Origin: Verrucomicrobiota bacterium
Lineage (GTDB): Bacteria > Verrucomicrobiota > Verrucomicrobiia > Limisphaerales > CANJXF01
NCBI GenBank assembly: GCA_038214755.1
Contig: JBBQRQ010000122.1
Coordinates: 1 to 13,829 of the forward strand
Direction: 5' to 3'
DNA: 13,829 bases
This document shows, in pieces, positions 7,383 through 13,829 of the stretch (within the stretch, counting starts at the first letter, position 1; every line of letters starts with the position of its first letter). A program made the translations under genes and the position numbers. The notes beneath the pieces were generated by a model. The model did not search any database. It saw only the letters and a list, made by a program, of their open reading frames with translations, and was not told where the DNA came from.

Positions 7383-7450
7383 TTTGCCGCCTCTTTCCCA
7401 ACATTTGAAACCTGCAATTTAGTGAGATGCGCCCCGTGCAGTTCGGGTTA

Positions 7451-7485
7451 AGACTTTGAACTTTAAACTTTGAACTTTGAACTTC
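7451..7485 (-). repeat. Heptamer tandem array, 5 units, inverted relative to 7228-7262
   Basis: agacttt gaacttt aaacttt gaacttt gaacttc, the reverse complement of AAAGTTC-type units. Confidence 0.85.
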
Positions 7486-7512
7486 GGATTGGCTTCTGCG
7501 ATTAGTTTGGTC

Positions 7513-8076
7513 ATGAACACGGCTCTTCCAGTTGAACGGTTGAGCGTCGAGGATTATCTCGAGGACGAGTTGCACAGCGAAATTCGTCACGAATACATCG
7601 GCGGCGCGGTGTATGCGATGGCTGGAACAAGCGACGCGCATAATCTTATTTCCGGCAATTTTTTCGCGGCGCTCCATTCCCATCTTCGCGGCGGGCCGTG
7701 TCGCGTCTTTATCGCTGAAGTCAAAACCCGTTTGCTCATCGCCGGTCAGGACCTTTTTTATTATCCCGACCTGATGGTGGTTTGCGATCCGCGGGACACC
7801 GAGCGTTATTACAAAAGATTTCCAAAAGTATTGATTGAAGTTTTCTCCGAATCCACCGAGCGCACCGATCGTCGAGAGAAATTTCTCAGCTACACGCAAA
7901 TCGAGACGCTGGAAGAATACGTGTTGGTGGCGCAGGACAAAATGGAAGTGACGCTTTTTCGCCGCGCCAATCAGTGGAAGCCCGAGGTCGTCCGCGCTCC
8001 GGACCAATCCGTGCAACTTACTTCCCTCAATTTTGGTCTCCCGCTTCGCGCCCTCTACGAGGGTGTGAAAATTTAG
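7513..8076 (+). CDS. Uma2-family (DUF820) PD-(D/E)xK endonuclease-like protein
   Basis: 187 aa from the ATG at 7513. Motifs LSVEDYL, RHEYIGGAVYAMAG, HNLI, YYPDLMVVCD, LIEVFSESTERTDRREK and LEEYVLVAQD. Confidence 0.92.
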   Translation: MNTALPVERLSVEDYLEDELHSEIRHEYIGGAVYAMAGTSDAHNLISGNFFAALHSHLRGGPCRVFIAEVKTRLLIAGQDLFYYPDLMVVCDPRDTERYYKRFPKVLIEVFSESTERTDRREKFLSYTQIETLEEYVLVAQDKMEVTLFRRANQWKPEVVRAPDQSVQLTSLNFGLPLRALYEGVKI

Positions 8077-8161
8077 TCCAAAATTTTTTTGCGTTGCCCT
8101 CCGCGGAGTCATCGAATCAAAAGAGCTTTAACTGTTAGAAAAAAAACATCACAATTCTGAC

Positions 8162-9124
8162 ATGAAATCTTTTTTACTTCTCGGCCTCTCCATTCTTGCC
8201 CTTTGTTCCTGCGGAAAAAAAACGGACAATTCGCCCAGCCCATCGCCCAACGAAAAATTCATCGTCGGCTTTTCCCAAATCGGCGCGGAGAGCGCGTGGC
8301 GCTCGGCCGAAACCCAATCCATCCGCGACGAAGCGGCAAAACGCGGGATCGACCTGCGGTTTTCTGACGCGCAACAAAAGCAGGAAAATCAAATCAAGGC
8401 CCTGCGCACTTTTCTCGCGCAAAATGTGAAAGCAATTATTCTCGCGCCCGTCGTGGAAACCGGCTGGGAGCCGGTGCTGCGCGAAATCAAACAGGCGAAT
8501 ATTCCAGTGATTCTCGTCGATCGTGGCGTGAAAGTTTCCGACGACTCGCTCTACACCACTTTGATCGCCTCCGATTTTGTGCAGGAAGGCCGCATGGCCG
8601 GGGAGTGGCTCGCAAAAAAATTAAATGGAAAAGGGAACATCGTTGAATTGCAAGGCACCCCCGGTTCCGCTCCGGCGATTGATCGCAAAAAAGGTTTTGA
8701 AGAAGTTCTCGCGAAAACTCCGGGAATGAAAATTATCAAGTCCCAAACCGGCGAGTTTACCCGCTCGAAAGGAAAGGAAGTGATGGAAGCTTTTCTCAAA
8801 GCCGAGGGAAAAAACATCAACGCCCTTTACGCCCACAATGACGACATGGCGCTGGGCGCAGTCCAGGCCATCGAAGAAGCCGGCCTTAAACCCGCGACGG
8901 ATATTATTTTGGTTTCCGTGGATGGAGTGAAAGCCGCGTTCGAGGCCATCGCCGCCGGTAAATTAAATTGCACGGTCGAATGCAATCCGCTCCTCGGCCC
9001 GGCGGTTTTCGATACGCTCAATGCCATTCGCACCGGCGCCAAGCCTGAGAAAAAAATTGTCATGCGCGATGAAATTTTCGACGAGACAAACGCGAAGCAG
9101 GCTTTGCCAGCCAGAAAATATTAG
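8162..9124 (+). CDS. ytfQ: Sugar ABC transporter substrate-binding lipoprotein, YtfQ (galactofuranose-binding)-like
   Basis: 320 aa. Lipoprotein-type signal (LALCSC), VGFSQIGAESAWRSAET, SDAQQKQENQIKA, APVVETGW, AHNDDMALGA and VECNPLLGP. The substrate is inferred from the family only. Confidence 0.85.
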   Translation: MKSFLLLGLSILALCSCGKKTDNSPSPSPNEKFIVGFSQIGAESAWRSAETQSIRDEAAKRGIDLRFSDAQQKQENQIKALRTFLAQNVKAIILAPVVETGWEPVLREIKQANIPVILVDRGVKVSDDSLYTTLIASDFVQEGRMAGEWLAKKLNGKGNIVELQGTPGSAPAIDRKKGFEEVLAKTPGMKIIKSQTGEFTRSKGKEVMEAFLKAEGKNINALYAHNDDMALGAVQAIEEAGLKPATDIILVSVDGVKAAFEAIAAGKLNCTVECNPLLGPAVFDTLNAIRTGAKPEKKIVMRDEIFDETNAKQALPARKY

Positions 9125-9209
9125 GGTCAGTGGCCACCGGCGTTTTCCTCAGTAATGAAACGTTCCGCTGGACTTGGATTGGAACACATGAGGCCTACGA
9201 CAAACTTCG

Positions 9210-10736
9210 ATGACCCATTCTCTTGCTGACGATTCTCTGCTCCGACTGCGTAGAATCACCAAAAGTTTTCCCGGCGTAAAGGCGCTGGCCGAAGTGGATT
9301 TTACACTCCGCAGCGGCGAGGTTCATGCGCTGATGGGCGAGAACGGCGCAGGTAAATCAACGTTGATCAAAGTTTTAACGGGAGTTTATCAGCGCGACGG
9401 TGGAGAAGCATTTCTAGAAGGACAAAACATCAATCCTCGCTCGCCGAAGGAGGCGCAATCCCTCGGCATCAGCACCGTTTATCAGGAGGTAAATTTAATT
9501 CCGCACCTATCCGTCGCGGAAAATATTTGCCTCGGCCGTCAGCGAACAAAAGCCGGGTTTCTCGATTGGAAAGAAGTTCGCCAGCGCGCCGAAAAAGCGT
9601 TGGCTCGGCTCGGCATCAAGATTGATGTCACTGAATTGGTTTCCAACTATTCAATCGCGATCCAGCAACTCGTCGCCATTGCCCGCGCCCTCGATATTTC
9701 CGCAAAACTTTTAATTCTCGACGAGCCGACGTCCAGCCTTGACGAAAAAGAAGTGACGACCCTTTTTGGCGTGATCCGAAAACTTAAATCCGAAGGACTC
9801 GGCATTGTTTTCGTGACGCATTTCCTGGATCAAGTTTACGAAATAGCTGATCGCATCACGGTTTTGCGAAATGGCAGATTCGTCGGTGAATTTGACACCG
9901 CGAAACTCCCGCGCATCGACCTGATCTCAAAAATGATGGGCAAGGAATTATTCGAAGCTGATTTCAAAGCGACGGCGCGAAGCTCAGTCGCAAAACGTGA
10001 GAAACCTTTGTTGGAATTAAAAAAGCTTGGTCGCAAAAATTCCATCCATCTAATCGATCTGGAAATTTTTCCCGGCGAGACCGTTGCGCTCGCTGGTTTG
10101 CTTGGTTCTGGTCGAACTGAAACCGCTCGGTTGATTTTCGGAATTGATCACCCGGACGCCGGAGAAATGTTGCTTGAAGGAAAACCACTTTCACTTTCAT
10201 CGCCGCGACATGCCATCGGTCATCGATTTGGTTTTTGTCCTGAAGACAGAAAAGTTGAAGCCATCATTCCCAATCTGTCGGTGCGCGAAAACATCGTGCT
10301 CGCGTTGCAATCGAATCAAGGCTGGATGCGCTACGTTTCGCGCGCAAAACAAAATGAGATTGCAGAACAATTTATCCAGGCGCTGAACATCAAGACGCCG
10401 AACGCGGAAAAACCGATCCGTCTTCTCAGCGGCGGCAATCAGCAAAAAGTAATTCTGGCGCGCTGGCTTGCGTCCCATCCGCGCCTCCTGATTTTGGACG
10501 AACCGACGCGAGGAATCGACGTCGGCGCGAAATTGGAAATTGAGAAATTGATTGCTGAACTGGCGCAAAAAGGAATGGCGATCTTGTTCATTTCTTCGGA
10601 CCTCGAGGAAGTCGTCCGCAACAGCGACCGCGTCGTCGTCTTGCGCGATCGCCAAAAAGTTTGCGAATTAAGCGGCGAAGAAATTTCTGAAACACGAATC
10701 ATGCACGCCATCGCCGCATCGCGCGAAAACGAATGA
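9210..10736 (+). CDS. ytfR: Sugar ABC transporter ATP-binding protein (tandem ABC domains), YtfR-like
   Basis: 508 aa. Walker A GENGAGKST, ILDEPTSSLD, AGLLGSGRTE, LSGGNQQK and ILDEPTRGIDVGAK. Confidence 0.9.
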   Translation: MTHSLADDSLLRLRRITKSFPGVKALAEVDFTLRSGEVHALMGENGAGKSTLIKVLTGVYQRDGGEAFLEGQNINPRSPKEAQSLGISTVYQEVNLIPHLSVAENICLGRQRTKAGFLDWKEVRQRAEKALARLGIKIDVTELVSNYSIAIQQLVAIARALDISAKLLILDEPTSSLDEKEVTTLFGVIRKLKSEGLGIVFVTHFLDQVYEIADRITVLRNGRFVGEFDTAKLPRIDLISKMMGKELFEADFKATARSSVAKREKPLLELKKLGRKNSIHLIDLEIFPGETVALAGLLGSGRTETARLIFGIDHPDAGEMLLEGKPLSLSSPRHAIGHRFGFCPEDRKVEAIIPNLSVRENIVLALQSNQGWMRYVSRAKQNEIAEQFIQALNIKTPNAEKPIRLLSGGNQQKVILARWLASHPRLLILDEPTRGIDVGAKLEIEKLIAELAQKGMAILFISSDLEEVVRNSDRVVVLRDRQKVCELSGEEISETRIMHAIAASRENE

Positions 10737-11734
10737 GGACGCTTTTCCAGACTCCCACCTGGCAAAAGCTGAAGTGGCCGCTCGCAGCTTTGGCGCTGGT
10801 CTTGTTGGGCAACCTCATTTTTTTAAATGGTTTTTTCCACCTCGAAATCAAAGACGGCCGCCTCTTTGGAAGCCTGGTGGATATTTTGAATCGCGCGACG
10901 CCAGTGATGCTGCTCTCGCTCGGGATGACGTTGGTGATCGCGACCGGTGGGGTGGATTTATCGGTCGGCGCGGTCATGGCCATTTCGGGTGCCATCGCGG
11001 CTTTGCTTCTCACCCGAACTAATTTAAGCGCGCCGGTGGTAATCATCATTTGCCTCGCGGCTTCGGGCGCAGGTGGACTCTGCAACGGTTCTCTTGTTGG
11101 ATTTTTCAAAGTGCCTCCAATCGTTGCGACGCTAATCCTGATGGTTTCCGGTCGTGGCATCGCCCAACTTCTGACCAACGGACAAATCATCACTTTTGAA
11201 AACAAAAGTTTTTTATTCATCGGACGCGGCACTTTTCTTGGGTTGCCATTCACCATCACGTTGACGTTTTTAATTTTTTTAATTCTTTCAATTTTTACGA
11301 GAAAAACCGCCGCTGGACTTTTTATTCAATCGACCGGCGACAACGAAACCGCCAGTCGCTATGCGGGTGTGAACACTTCTTTCGTCAAAGTTTTTGTTTA
11401 TTTTATTTGTTCAGTTATTGCGGGGCTAGCCGGGCTGATTGTCGCAACGGATATCAAAGCGGCGGACGCGAACAACGCCGGCCAATGGCTCGAACTGGAT
11501 GCCATCCTCGCTACCGTCATCGGCGGAACGTCTCTAATTGGCGGACGTTTTTATCTGATCGGTTCGCTCGTGGGCGCGATTTTAATTCAGACATTGACCA
11601 CGACAATTCTCACTCGCGGCGTTCCGGTGGAATGGACGTTGGTGGTGAAAGCAGTTGTTATCATCGCCGTCTGCCTTTTGCAGTCGGAACAATTTCGAAA
11701 CACCGTTTTTGCGCGGGGAAAACGTTCCACTTAG
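10733..11734 (+). CDS. ytfT: Sugar ABC transporter permease, YtfT-like
   Basis: 333 aa, hydrophobic. Motifs DGRLFGSLVDIL, GMTLVIATGGVDLSVG, ATLILMVSGRGIAQL and ADANNAGQWLELDAILATVIGG. ATGA overlap with the ATPase gene. Confidence 0.88.
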   Translation: MRTLFQTPTWQKLKWPLAALALVLLGNLIFLNGFFHLEIKDGRLFGSLVDILNRATPVMLLSLGMTLVIATGGVDLSVGAVMAISGAIAALLLTRTNLSAPVVIIICLAASGAGGLCNGSLVGFFKVPPIVATLILMVSGRGIAQLLTNGQIITFENKSFLFIGRGTFLGLPFTITLTFLIFLILSIFTRKTAAGLFIQSTGDNETASRYAGVNTSFVKVFVYFICSVIAGLAGLIVATDIKAADANNAGQWLELDAILATVIGGTSLIGGRFYLIGSLVGAILIQTLTTTILTRGVPVEWTLVVKAVVIIAVCLLQSEQFRNTVFARGKRST

Positions 11735-11757
11735 CGTCCGAGAGTTTGCGACAACAC

Positions 11758-11786
11758 TTGTTTGTCAGTCATTACCTCGCTAATTT
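11758..11786 (+). promoter_or_regulatory. Putative promoter of the toxin-antitoxin pair (leaderless geometry)
   Basis: TTGTTT (11758-11763), 17-nt spacer, TAATTT (11781-11786), then 6 nt to the ATG at 11793. A short palindrome CCTC-N8-GAGG overlaps the -10 element. Confidence 0.4.
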
Positions 11787-11792
11787 GAGGCT

Positions 11793-12071
11793 ATGAAAAC
11801 GGTGACTCTCCATGTGGCAAAAGAACAACTCAGCCGCATTCTCGCCGAAGCACACCAGGGCGACATCATTGTTCTGACTGACGGAGCGAGACGCGTGACG
11901 CTGGAACCGAGCGCGGACCATGGCGGGGCGCTTGATTTGGATCTTCAGAAAGACAGCCCGGAACTCGGCGCGGAATTGTTGAAAGCTGCCGAAGGCCAGT
12001 TCACTCCTTACTCACGCCGAGATCTCGAAGGGGTAGCTGACCAAGTCCTTCGCGAGTCGATTCGCGAATGA
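11793..12071 (+). CDS. Probable type II antitoxin with a Phd/YefM-like N-terminus
   Basis: 92 aa. MKTVTLHVAKEQLSRILAEAHQGDIIVLT matches the Phd/YefM N-terminal pattern. The C-terminus is acidic, and there is an ATGA overlap with the downstream toxin gene. Confidence 0.7.
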   Translation: MKTVTLHVAKEQLSRILAEAHQGDIIVLTDGARRVTLEPSADHGGALDLDLQKDSPELGAELLKAAEGQFTPYSRRDLEGVADQVLRESIRE

Positions 12072-12400
12072 GCCGAGCGATCCGAAAGTCGGAGCAATTC
12101 ATCGCGGATTTCGATCTGCAATATCGCTGGTATTTTCGAGAGGCAGGCGAAGATTTGGCGTGCCGCTATCTGCTCGCGGTTGACGGCACCTTGCAAAAAT
12201 TGGCGAACTTTCCAGACATGGGATACCTGAGACATTTTCCGCAACCGGACCTGCGCGGCATTCGTTCTTTTCCGGTCGAGCAGCCTTTTGATCGCCATTT
12301 AATTTTTTATCGGGTGACTGAAACAGAGGTTGAGGCGTGGCGAATTATGCACGGTGCGCGTGACTTGCCGGCACGCTTGCTTGATCCAACTATTTTATAA
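12068..12400 (+). CDS. Type II toxin, RelE/ParE superfamily (ParE-like)
   Basis: 110 aa. Motifs LANFPDMG, LRGIRSFPV, HLIFYRV and the ParE-type C-terminus VEAWRIMHGARDL. Confidence 0.85.
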   Translation: MSRAIRKSEQFIADFDLQYRWYFREAGEDLACRYLLAVDGTLQKLANFPDMGYLRHFPQPDLRGIRSFPVEQPFDRHLIFYRVTETEVEAWRIMHGARDLPARLLDPTIL

Positions 12401-12425
12401 CCAGGCAATGACATTTGGTTTCTCC

Positions 12426-13418
12426 ATGCATTATTTGAATCGCTTAAAAAGAAATATTCCGTTCGCAGCCACCGCGTTCGTTTGTCTGCTGCTTTATTTT
12501 TCCGCGGGAATAAAATTTCGCGCGGACGGATTTTTTTCACTGCGCGTCTTCATCAACTTCTTTTCTGAGAACGCATTTTTAGGAGTTGCCTCCATCGGAA
12601 TGACCTTTGTCATTTTGTCGGGCGGAATTGATTTATCCGTCGGCGGAATGATCGGGTTGACCAGCATTCTTCTCGCCCTGCTCATCGAAAAATATCATCT
12701 CCATGCGTCCATCGCGATTCCACTGGTCCTCATTTTCGGCAGCGCGCTTGGCGCAATCATGGGCAGCTTGATCCAATATTTTTTGCTCCCGCCGTTTCTC
12801 GTCACGCTCGCTGGAATGTTTTTTGCCCGTGGCCTTGGGCTCGTCATCCATCTTGAGTCAATGGAAGTCACTCATTATTTGGACGCCATTTCTTCGCATT
12901 TGAAAATCCCGTTACAGCCGGGAATCGCGCTCCCAGCGACTGCGGTAATTTATTTCGGCGCCTTTATTTTTGCGCTTTGGCTGGCTCACTTCACCCGCTT
13001 TGGACGGAATGTTTACGCCATTGGCGGCAACGAACAGTCCTCGGTTCTTATGGGCTTGCCCGTCGCGCGAACCAAAGTCGGCGTGTATGCGCTCAGCGGT
13101 TTCTGTTCCTCGTTGGCCGGAATCGTTTACACGCTTTATACTTTTTCGGGCAATCCAACGGCGGGTGCGGGTCTCGAACTGGACGCAATTGCAGCCGTCG
13201 TGATCGGCGGAACTTTGCTGAGCGGCGGCGTCGGCTATCTCGCGGGAACGTTCGTTGGCATTTTAATTTTCGGCATCATTCAGACCGCCATTACTTTTCA
13301 AGGCACGCTGAGTTCGTGGTGGACGAAAATTGTAGTTGGCGGATTGCTGCTCGCATTTATTCTTTTGCAAAAAATAATTCAGGCAAAGAAATTCAAAGCG
13401 AAACTCAATCACGGATGA
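12426..13418 (+). CDS. yjfF: Sugar ABC transporter permease, YjfF-like
   Basis: 330 aa from the ATG at 12426 (alternative ATG at 12408). Motifs NAFLGVASIGMTFVILSGGIDLSVG, FLVTLAGMFFARG, TRFGRNVYAIGGNEQS, ELDAIAAVVIGGTLLSGGVG and GTLSSWWTKI. Confidence 0.88.
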   Translation: MHYLNRLKRNIPFAATAFVCLLLYFSAGIKFRADGFFSLRVFINFFSENAFLGVASIGMTFVILSGGIDLSVGGMIGLTSILLALLIEKYHLHASIAIPLVLIFGSALGAIMGSLIQYFLLPPFLVTLAGMFFARGLGLVIHLESMEVTHYLDAISSHLKIPLQPGIALPATAVIYFGAFIFALWLAHFTRFGRNVYAIGGNEQSSVLMGLPVARTKVGVYALSGFCSSLAGIVYTLYTFSGNPTAGAGLELDAIAAVVIGGTLLSGGVGYLAGTFVGILIFGIIQTAITFQGTLSSWWTKIVVGGLLLAFILLQKIIQAKKFKAKLNHG

Positions 13419-13420
13419 AC

Positions 13421-13624
13421 ACAGCGCGGCGAAGCCGCAACCAAAGTAGGGCAGTGCGTCTCGCCTGCCTGGGGCCAAGGGGGAAACTCTCAACTCTGAT
13501 TTCCCCTTTACTCAGGCAGGCGAGACGCGCTGACCTACTTTCGAATGCCGCATCCCGCCGGAGAATTTTTCGCAGCAAAACAATTTTTTATGAAGAGTAT
13601 TACAACGCGACGAAGCCGCAACCA
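13421..13624 (+). repeat. 23-nt direct repeats bracketing the GTAG REPIN
   Basis: acagcgcggcgaagccgcaacca (13421-13443) and acaacgcgacgaagccgcaacca (13602-13624), 2 mismatches. The core is a GCGGC-GAA-GCCGC hairpin. Confidence 0.65.
13443..13541. repeat. REPIN-like inverted doublet, GTAG family
   Basis: aaagtagggcagtgcgtctcgcctgcctg (13443-13471) pairs with caggcaggcgagacgcgctgacctacttt (13513-13541) at 27 of 29 positions. It has a GTAG foot and an inner ggggaaa/tttcccc pair. Confidence 0.85.
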
Positions 13625-13829
13625 CACCGGAGCGGGGGGGGGGGGGAGGCGGGGGGGGGGACGCCCGCAACAACCCCACCGGGCGAAACCGCCCCCCCGC
13701 CCACCCCCAAAAAATTAGTAGAGAACAGGCCCAACGAGGAACAGAACCCGCTGAGCGCATCCACGCCGACTTTGGTTCGCGCGACGGGCAAGACCATAAG
13801 AACCGAGGACTGTTCGTTGCCGCCAATGG
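13625..13829. other. Probable assembly or sequencing artefact: G/C homopolymer-rich junction plus an inverted copy of part of yjfF
   Basis: 13731-13829 is the reverse complement of 13018-13116 with 3 mismatches. It is preceded by ~100 nt of poly-G/poly-C sequence and sits at the sequence end. Confidence 0.8.

Noticed and set aside
7228..7485. CRISPR array
   Set aside because: The repeats are tandem 7-mers and inverted pairs with no regular repeat-spacer period, and there are no cas genes in the window.
7291..8112. 273-aa minus-strand ORF
   Set aside because: It is an antisense shadow of the Uma2 gene that runs into repeat DNA; the QSSKFKVQS stretch is translated heptamers.
13633..13710. G-quadruplex or functional homopolymer tract
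   Set aside because: It lies in the junction of a probable artefactual inverted duplication at the sequence end.

Overview
Bacterial contig-like window. The lineage is probably Verrucomicrobiota; this is inferred from the RNase P RNA features, the REP-type palindromes and the mostly SD-less, A/T-rich start contexts. From left to right it contains: the left end of an IS5-family (IS1106-like) element sitting in a palindromic repeat; a B12-binding radical SAM gene with an in-frame palindromic insert; a five-gene cluster (DUF2934-like, phosphoribosyltransferase, erythromycin-esterase-family protein, DUF5335-like, dienelactone-hydrolase-like); an unusually long (~550 nt) RNase P RNA gene (rnpB, minus strand); a C4 zinc-ribbon coiled-coil gene; a nested palindromic/heptamer-repeat element; a Uma2 endonuclease; and a YtfQ/YtfR/YtfT/YjfF-type sugar ABC transporter interrupted by a Phd-like/ParE toxin-antitoxin pair. 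The rnpB RNA lacks P18 and carries two 92-96 nt hairpins with near-identical basal stems, one in L8 and one as P12. At least five unrelated REP/REPIN-like families are present. The last ~200 bp look like an assembly artefact (low-complexity sequence plus an inverted copy of part of yjfF). The most notable signals are the twin-hairpin RNase P RNA, the translated REP insert and the PRTase/esterase/hydrolase cluster.
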